Assembly: GCA_032718475.1 (NCBI GenBank)
Contig: JAUCBJ010003678.1
Location: 1 to 46,352 of the forward strand
Direction: 5' to 3'
Origin: Nemertoderma westbladi
Taxonomy: Eukaryota; Animalia; Xenacoelomorpha
Length of the DNA stretch: 46,352 bases
Part shown: positions 1 through 8,700 of the stretch, in pieces
How positions within the stretch are numbered: the first letter of the stretch is position 1
Layout: each line of letters opens with the position of its first letter
Made by a program: the position numbers and the translations under genes
The notes under the pieces: model-generated
What the model was told of the DNA's origin: nothing
Databases searched by the model: none
Seen by the model: only the letters and a program-made list of their open reading frames with translations

Positions 1-269
1 CAATGCAAATACAGACAGGGGGGGGGGGGGGGGGGGACTAAGACACAGGGGACTAAGACTAAGGGCACTAAGACCTACAGTGGACGTCATGCTGGAATAC
101 ATGTTTTATTGGAAGGCTCTTGGAGTAGGTATACTGGTGGATAGTATGTAAAGACATTTAGTGCTCTTCATGGGAAAAAATCCACTCTGTACTGTAGAAA
201 CTCTGTATTGTAGACTGTATTATCAATGTTAGGTATATGGCGTAATGCCAACCACAGTACAGTAGTACA

Positions 270-790
270 GACTGACAGTAAGACCGACAGACAAACAGAC
301 TAGATTTATGTAAACGTGTAAACTGACATCAGAAATGAAATCAGCAACCCTTAAAACCCTCATAGCAGGAATATTGGTTAGTTAGTATACTTTCTTAAGT
401 TTTGACAGACTGACTGACAGAAAGACCGACAGCCAGACAGGCTAGATTTATTAAACGTGAGAACTGACATCTGAAATGGAATCAGCACCCATTAAAACCC
501 CCATAACGAGAATGTTAGTTAGTTAGTATTCTTTTTTAAGTTTTGACAGACTGACTGACTGACAGAAAGACCGACAAACAGACAGACTAGATTTATGTAA
601 ACCTGAAAACTGACATCAGAAATGAAATCAGCACCCCTTAAAACCCCCATAGCGAGAATGTTAGCGACAAGTTTTAATTATTAACCATATTTCGTAAGAT
701 ATATTTTAAAACATTTATTTATTAATAATGCAATAACTGAATAACCAGATAACGGAAATTTGTCTTTCCCGGAAAGACAAACCGAATTGA
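270..790. repeat. Helentron/DINE-like non-autonomous repeat remnant: three ~140-146-bp tandem units with GACA microsatellite, plus a hairpin
   Basis: Three imperfect copies of 'gacag..agaccgacag..cagactagatttatgtaaac..aactgacatcagaaatgaaatcagcacccttaaaaccc'; hairpin tttgtctttcc-c-ggaaagacaaa at 759-781. Confidence 0.5.
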
Positions 791-918
791 AACTTTTAAT
801 TACTAATAATAATTGTGGTGAGAGGTGATTGGAAATCAAGGATATAAGTTATGTTATGGTAGGCACAGGCAAATGAATTGATGTCTGTTGAGATGTATTG
901 AAGGAGCACTATTCCTTC

Positions 919-2190
919 TACAAGACTACTACACGTTCGTGGGGACTTCGCGCAGCACGAGAGTGCATACGTACAAATTTTGGTTTAATTTAATCTGCAA
1001 TTGCCCGACTTATTTCGGTTTATATAAAAGTCTGAACTGCAATTGCCCGACTTATTTCGGTTTTTATAAAAAGTCTGAAACCACCGGTACCGACTGACCT
1101 ATTTTTGACCAAACTTCAGATACTTTCCAAACTTTTAATGGAGTGCATACGTACAAGTTTGGTTTAATTCATCATTTGATTGAACGACTTATTTTAGTTT
1201 TTATCAAAAGTCTGAAACTACCGGTACCGAGTGTCCGACAGTCTTATTTTGATAAAAACTCAGATTATTTCTAAATTTCTAATAGACTGCATATTCAGAG
1301 TGTGGGCCGCCTCAGACTGAATAATATGCTAGACTCATACCATTTTAATTAATTAATCTATTTATATTATGAATTAGAATTTCAATTATATATTGTTTTA
1401 TTGTTTATATATATTTTACTGTGCCATACCAGGCGTAATTAAATTAAATTCAATAGACTGCATATAATATGATGTAATAAAAGTTGGTTTAATTCTAGTA
1501 ATTGTTGTTGGCTTTAAAGAATTTAATATAAAAAACGTGCAAAATAAGTTTTGCCAGAGATATGATTCGAACCAGCGCGAGAAGATCCTATTGGATGGCT
1601 AGTCCAACGCCTTATCCACTCAGCCAACACCGCTCGAGGTAACGAGCTGGCCATTGAAGGTATTAAAGTTTTATACTGCAATTTCGTAATCACTACTGAT
1701 AGGTACAGCAGTAGGCCTACCGTACCGGTAGGCCTATGTCATTACTTCGGAGTCTCTAGCGGATCCCCAATTAAATGTCTTAACTTTTCAATTTCGTAAA
1801 AGATAGACTTCATGATTATCTACAAGTAACCAAAATTTCAGCTCAGGAAAATGAGGCGTTCCCGAGAAATTTAACATTTTCTAAAAACCACATAATCTGT
1901 CGTAGCTGACGTCAGACTGCATGATTTCTCACCAAACTTTACAAACTTTCTAAACTTTCTCTCTACTACTTACCTACTAAGTTTGGTTCAATTCCGAACC
2001 AGCGATGCCGAGAAATTCGCGTTCAAACATTTACCAGACAGACGGACAGACAGACAGACAGACGGACATGCCCCATTTGCCCTATATGAACCGTATGCCA
2101 AGGCTCGCCGACTACGTGTCTCGCCCCACAGTTATGTCTCTGTGTGCTAGCCTTGGCACTGGCTTGGTCAATGACTTTAGCTTGCCATGT
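919..2190 (+). mobile_element. Probable non-autonomous Helentron-like (HINE) element with internal duplications and (GACA)n near the 3' end
   Basis: 42-bp direct duplication around 995-1078; repeated 'gagtgcatacgtacaa' at 961 and 1141; (GACA)n/(GACG)n at ~2036-2068 followed by 'cgtgtctcgccccaca', which recurs near 15162 after (CA)n. Boundaries approximate. Confidence 0.35.
1552..1633 (-). pseudogene. tRNA-Ser/Leu-derived pseudogene or SINE head
   Basis: Minus strand: A-box TGGCTGAGTGG, anticodon arm TTGGA-CTAGCCA-TCCAA, long variable arm, B-box GGTTCGAATC, T-run ~20 nt downstream. Acceptor and T stems do not pair, so it is not functional. Confidence 0.65.
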
Positions 2191-2357
2191 TAGTAATGTA
2201 CAACTTCAATAAATATTATTGGGCACGGTTGCCCTTCCCATGCCTTATGCTCTATGGGGGAGAATGGAATCAGCGTATGAATTTACAATGTTAATTATGT
2301 TTAAATCAATGAAAAATATATTTATTAACGCAAATCACTTGAAAAAATAAAAACTAT

Positions 2358-3600
2358 TGTAAAAGCCTTTGCTGAATTGCCCCGTTATTTTTATTATCTT
2401 TTACATTAAAATACTCTGTAGTTGATTTAATAAGTGTAAGAGACCGTATTATTGCTGTATCGGTGTTTTTAGAGGATCTAAGACCTATTTCCTCCGTATG
2501 TGTACTGTGAAAGGCATATTTTATGATTCTATGGCAATTCGTGACGCAAAGGGGTGATAGCTACTCTTGAACAGTAGTTACTATGACTACGGTTAACAGC
2601 TGACATTCATACGTGTTGATTTCCTTTGTTCTACGGCGTCTCTCAGTTCAGTCAGCCAATTAGAGCGTTTTTGTGGCTCCTTGTACAGAAAATTTCCGAG
2701 AAATGACGCAATGCCTATGTGCAGTGTTTACATTCAGTCCTGAGCCAAAGAAAGAACGGCTTGGAAGTATTTTGTGCTTTACTGTTTTAGCCGTACACTA
2801 GTAGGCTTAATCATAAGGACATATATCCGTTATCTGATGTCTAACTTGACTAACCTAACTCAATGCAATCAATGCATACTGCAGTACTGCATACACTGCA
2901 TACTGTGTAACACTGTGCATACTTTATATTGTTATACTGCTATTTGCTGTCTGTACTTCATAATTTGGTTGATGAATTATTATATTTGGAATAACGATAA
3001 ATAACCCCGAAAACCCAATATTCTTGATATACTGAAGGTAAGAGAGAAAGGTTATACATAACGATTGTGACTTATGTTAAAGTGGTTTGAAGTGAATCTA
3101 ATGTTATTTGATAGCCCCTACATGAGTCAGTCCGTGTTCCTTTTATATGTAACTAAAATCAGTGAAGATCGGCAGATCAGTGTGCAGTATTGTGCAGCAT
3201 TGTGTGCGGGTGATACTGATAACGAAGCATTTCCTAAAGAATGCGCCATATATGTGAATTATAACTAAGCCATATCGTTGTGATTAGTTTAAGTCATAAC
3301 TCTGTTTATATAGATAGAGCGCCACGTCCTAAAGGAACTGTTAATATTCCCCGAAAGTGAATAATATTGTCAGAGATTATATAATACTGTCAGTCGAATA
3401 ATACATTAAGCTTACATAGCAATAAAATTAAGCCGTCGAACCCAATCTCCCGGGAATTATCCAGCGGGTGAATGATCGCGCACAGATTGGTTTCGACTAG
3501 TGTAGTGAATCAAATATTTGTCATCGGCTAAAGTGATTTATTATCTAACAGACATCCTAATTTGGCGGGTTAAACTGCCAAAGGTCTGAAAGCGCGAACA
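2358..3600 (+). repeat. 5' LTR
   Basis: Direct repeat of 13689-14931 (offset 11331); only two differences noticed (2613 G vs 13944 A; 3541 T vs 14872 A); AATAAA at 3421-3426. Confidence 0.97.
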
Positions 3601-3611
3601 ATAACGGATAT
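3601..3611 (+). promoter_or_regulatory. Putative self-priming primer-binding site (ATAACGGATAT)
   Basis: Immediately follows the terminal CA of the LTR, lacks the TGG of tRNA PBSs, and is the exact reverse complement of LTR 2823-2833 (ATATCCGTTAT). Confidence 0.7.
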
Positions 3612-3874
3612 TGCTTCTTTATTGCAGTAAGCAATAAAGTCGAAAGTACCGGTCGACCGGTAACCAGTAGGCCTGACTGCCTGATCATCCGGACCGGTAC
3701 CTACAGCAGTATTATTCGATTTTGATAGTTATATACCGGTAGGCCTTAATAATTAATCAGGGAGGGCCCGCCCTGGTTTTTTATTGAGATTTTTACTTAT
3801 TTCTGCCAAGTTTTATTTATTTGTAGGCCAGTATTGAACAGAAGGCGTGTAAGCCTGATCAGATTGTACAGACG

Positions 3875-4445
3875 ATTTGTAGGCTGAGCTGTTGTCTGAT
3901 TGCTGTTAAGTCCGAACGAATTGCAGTGTGTGTAGATCACCTGTCCGATTAAGTACGATTAGGCAGTAGGGGCAGCGAATGCTGTAAGGTAAACCCCCAA
4001 CTAAAGAATAAGTCGCACTACTGGGTTAGAGCGCATACTCCCTAATCATTTCGGAGTCTGCATGTCCTGTAGTTTATTTAGGCTTGAGAGTAGTCTGCCA
4101 TCGTTTAGTCTGTACTTTGTTTGTGTAAGTCTGTACGGGTAGCGTATAATTTTATTTAGATAATTTGTAGGCTGGATAGTTGTCTGGCTGTTATTAGGTC
4201 TGAGCGGATTGCCGCGTGTGTAGATCATCTGTCCGATTAAGTACGGTTAGGCAGTAGGGGCAGCGAACGCTGTAAGGTAAACCCCCAACTAAAGAATAAG
4301 TCGCACTACTGGGTTAGAGCGCATACTCCCTAATCATTTCGGAGTCTACATATACCGTAGTTTGTTTAGGCTTGATAGTAGTCTGTCAGTGTTCGGTCTG
4401 TATTTTGTTTGAGTAGTTTGTACGCGTAGCGTAATATTTATTATT
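3875..4445 (+). repeat. ~288-bp tandem duplication in the retrotransposon leader with a structured RNA core
   Basis: Cores 3928-4063 and 4216-4351 are nearly identical and contain nested complementary segments; flanks are more diverged. Confidence 0.85.
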
Positions 4446-5377
4446 CAGAGTTTATGCGATTATCCGCAACATTCATTCCCTAAGTTTGTTCCTACAGTAA
4501 TTGTGTTTGTTATACATACCGCTATAGTTAAATTAACCCCGGTACTACACGGGCTGCTCGGCGTAGGTAAAGACTGGTGATTTTGTGCATTGGTCACTCC
4601 AGCAGATGCCGTGGTTCTTTTAGCTGTTCAAGTATATTTAACTACTGATTATCTGTTGTACAAGTACTCGTACCTAATTTAGGGTTTAGTGTACAGTACT
4701 TTCCGAAGTAATTAGTGTAGGCATTATATTTGTGTTGTAAAGTGGTTGATAGGCACATTCGATTAGCTCTATTAACTTCTAGGTAGGAACACTCCGTGAT
4801 ACATAATGTAGAACCTATAGCGATACGGCTATAGGTCGTCAGGCGGTGGTATTTTTCTATCTAGACAACGCAGTGTATTTACTACTACTTATTATTTCAA
4901 ATACCGTAGTACCCTGTCCGTTGTAATAACCAGTTTCTAACCCTTTGTTAGGCTGGTTTGTAGACTTCTTGTAAAATTACCCTAAAAATTCGTATTTTGT
5001 GTTTTTTGTAAATTTTTGTGTTTATTTAGAGATTGTAATCTCAACCCGAATTGTACGTAATTTGTAGTATTAAGTAACTTAGGTAAATTAGAATTATTTG
5101 TTTTAGTGTCCTATACGTAACACTTCACTAAAAGCGCAGCGCTTTGTGTAGTGATTACCCCAGAAATAATAACATTTATTTCAAAAATTGACAAAACCCA
5201 TTAAAACGGGTATATATATATTATAAATCAAATCTAACGATTTATAAATAGTAGGCCTACCATATAACAATTAGGTCTCAATATCAGTTGGACTACTGCT
5301 TAAATAACGGTAACAAAGTAAGTTAAAGTAACCAAGTAACCCTAAAGTTCAGAAATTCAATTATTCTAAAATAATTG

Positions 5378-5676
5378 ATATACCGGTATTTACGATAGGC
5401 CTATTATCTTATTTCTATAAATCTAGGCTGAAATTATACCGGTACTCGTAATTAATTCTATTCCAGAATTATATATACTACAAACTGTAAGCTGTATACC
5501 GGTATTCCGATAGGCCTATTATATATTTATATATATTTGTGCTAAAATTATACCGGTATTCTGTGATAAACCTAGTCTGTAATAATACTTATATAGTTAT
5601 ATATACTATAAGTATACCGGTATTCTAATATATTATATATATATCACGCTACACTGAGTAGCAGTACCGGTAATTA
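5378..5676 (+). repeat. Degenerate ~57-bp tandem repeat centred on palindromic TACCGGTA (6 units) upstream of gag
   Basis: 'taccggta' at about 5381, 5437, 5497, 5551, 5615 and 5666; two units continue 'cgataggcctattat'. Confidence 0.7.
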
Positions 5677-5760
5677 ATTACTAGGCTAGCAGTTACTACT
5701 GAGTTACTAGACTTACTCAGACTGTAATACAGCAGTAGACATTCAACGGTATACATAGTC

Positions 5761-8700
5761 ATGTCTGATACTAAGCAGAACCTGTCAGACAGTTTATTAG
5801 ATGTAACTATCTGCGACTCAGATAGAGACGTACAACCGTCTGGTCGTAAATCCAGTTCACCTCCCACTGTGAGGAAGGTCATCCCTCCAGTAGTAATAAC
5901 AGAACCTAGGCTGGTCCAACATCGTAGGTCTATCATAGGCACTCGAGCTCAGGTCAAGCGGGACCAAAAGGCAGCGGAACAGCAACAACCCGCTAGTCAA
6001 GAACTTATTCCTCAGCGGCCCAGCAGCTCCAGTAGTGAGGATACTGTAGAGCTGACACCCGAGCGCGGAGCAGAGATGACGGATGCGGTTTATACGGATC
6101 CCCTTCTCATCCTTCCTGCAGCCGTACTCGCTGGGTTATTGATCGCGGTGGAAGAACACCAGATCGATTGGGCGAGAAGTCAACGGTCAACTAGAGATAG
6201 CTACGCGGGATACACGAGTGAAGAACTGAAGTCTATTGTCGAGTCGCAATGGAACTTCCCCGGACCCGGACTCCCGTTTGATTTATCAGAAGCTGCCTGG
6301 GAAGACATACACCGGATGGGAGTAGCCAAGGAAACCATCGATCCAGCTGTATGGAAGAGGTCCGCAGCCGGATACGCCCAGGGATTCTTCAGCTCTATGG
6401 AGCGAGTAGAGAGACAACTGTTTCAACAACCTCAAGGACCTCAAGAGCAGGGATCGCTGCTTTATCAAGTTAGAGAAAGAGTTTTGCGGATTAGACTAAT
6501 CTTATCCGCCTTTGAGGAGGCTTCTAAAAGAAAACAAGACACGTCGTTGCAAGTTGCCGTAAAAACTTGGTTTCAACGGGTGAGTCGCCAGGTTCAAGGA
6601 GCAGCTCAGTGGAAAGCTCAGTTGGAGGAGCGCTCAACCCATGGAGAATCGACGGACGCTATTTTTTCCCAAGTGGAAAGTGAAGCGACGGCAGAGAAAC
6701 CGCATAAGAAGGATGCCATTGATATCTATCTGTCAGACTATCAGCGTTTTTTGGGAGATGATGAGTTGAGGAGAAGGTTAGAGGGACTTAGCCCTAATAG
6801 CGAAGGAGCCAAACTCGTGTTAGATGCGATTGATGTGGATAGGTTAGCGGCGAACCAAGCTAAATTCGATGAACAACTCCGCATCGCTAGAGAACAAGAA
6901 GAACAAGTAAAGAAAAAACGTATAGAAGACAGAAAAGCAGCGGCAGTAGCAGCAGCAGTGGCAGCTGCAGAAGCAGAAACAAAAGCGGCAGCGGCAGTGG
7001 CAGAAGCAGAAACAAAAGCGGCAGCGGCAGTGGCAGCAGCAGAGGCAAAAGCGGCAGTAGCAGCAGCAAAGGCAGCGGCCGAAGCGGAAGGACGCAAGCG
7101 GGAGGCAGTGGCAGAAGCCGAACGGAGAGCGACTGAAGAAACCACCCAATTAGAATTGGAAAACATTCAGGAGAATCAAGACTGCATAAATAAACAGTTA
7201 ACAGCTAGTAATATGCAGATGATGAATCGATCTACTCCCAAACGACAGGGATATACATCATCTGAGGAAGGCGATACCACCGACACTGAAGGCGGAAGAA
7301 ATCGATCTCGCCTAAGCAGACGTAAAAGAACATTCCACCGGCAGAAATTGCCTGATTTGCCTCCAGCTGTTAGAAGGCAACTAAATAACACCAAAGTAGG
7401 TAGTACAGAACCCACAGACCAAATAATTACAATAGAGAGACTCCCTACTATAGTAGATGAGCCTGAAATAATTAGGCCTGTTCTTGAAATCACCCCTTCG
7501 GTGATAGACACACCTGTGCTCCCTGAAGCTACTTCTAAATTCCCTCTACATAGCACTAAGCTACCTGTGCCCAGTAGAACTGCCCAGGAGACAGTTCAGG
7601 TCCTGGACCCCGAGCGAAATATTCCAGATTTGTCGCCCGTTGTCCCTCGTCCGCCCGCTACAACGTTGGCGACTCCCGCTTCGGCGGTCGAATGGGTGGA
7701 CGAGAGACGGCGGGGGATGGATCTCCTGCTCGGGCAGTTGCAGGAGACTGTCCAGCAATTCAAGGGCACAGTAAGGGAAAGTAGACTAGAGTTGCAAGAA
7801 GTGCAGCAAAGTATCGCGCTAGAGCGCGATAAATTAGTAAATACACAAAGGGGTATACCACCACCCTCTGTAACAATGTGTCAACCTGTTAGGTCTGAAG
7901 TATCTCATGCGCAAGGTGTGGAGCCTACCCGCATATATACTGCTAGCGAAGTAGAAACTCCTATAGTGAACCCTATTAAGGGTAATTATAGACCTGTTGA
8001 TAATGACATTCCCTATAGACCGGATCATAATCCGAGAAATTTATATACCGATAACTCGATATTAAATAGCACGATGGCCCAAGAAAGTTTTACGCGTCAA
8101 ATGGCTAGAACCGAAGCCCGGCAAGCGGTGAAGGTGGGAGAGATAGTCAAATTCAATGGAGATGAGATGAAATGGTTACCTTTTAATGAATATTACAAAG
8201 ATAACATACAGAACTCTGTACTATCTAATGGAGAAAAACTTAGATACCTCATCGAGTGCTTGGAAGGATCTCCCAAGTTAATGGCGTTAAAGTTTATTGG
8301 ACATCCAGACGGATTAAGACAAGTTTGGGATACACTAAACATCAGGTATGGTAATAGGAATAATATCGCTGGGTACTTGTATGCAAAGTTAGTAGCGCCC
8401 CGAAAGTTTATTAGTAGCGGAATTATCGAGTTTTCCGATGAGATCCAGGAGATCTGCAGACAATTAGATTGGCTAGGTAAGTCTCATGAGTATCAGAACA
8501 CTATGGTTATTAGAGCAGTGGCTTCTACTTTACCGAAAGGTGGAGTAGGTACACGCTGGGATAAGAAAGTGTTATATATGATGGAACAACAACGACGAGA
8601 CCCTACCATGGCTGATCTCATGTCGTTCCTAGATGGAGAAGTGAAATTACAGCTCCTGAAACTGTCCAGAGAGAAGACACCGGAAAACAAGGTAAGTGAA

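Noticed and set aside
2774-3268. 76-aa and 64-aa ORFs duplicated at 14105-14599
   Set aside because: They are identical only because they lie in the LTRs; no protein features.
3563-3580. TGGCGGG... as a tRNA PBS
   Set aside because: It lies inside the LTR (also present in the 3' LTR), upstream of the TSD-defined end.
3928-4063. Hammerhead ribozyme (retrozyme-like)
   Set aside because: No CUGANGA/GAAA core seen in the structured unit.
6741-7556. Minus-strand Ala-, Cys- and Leu-rich ORFs
   Set aside because: Antisense shadows of the GCA-rich gag repeat.
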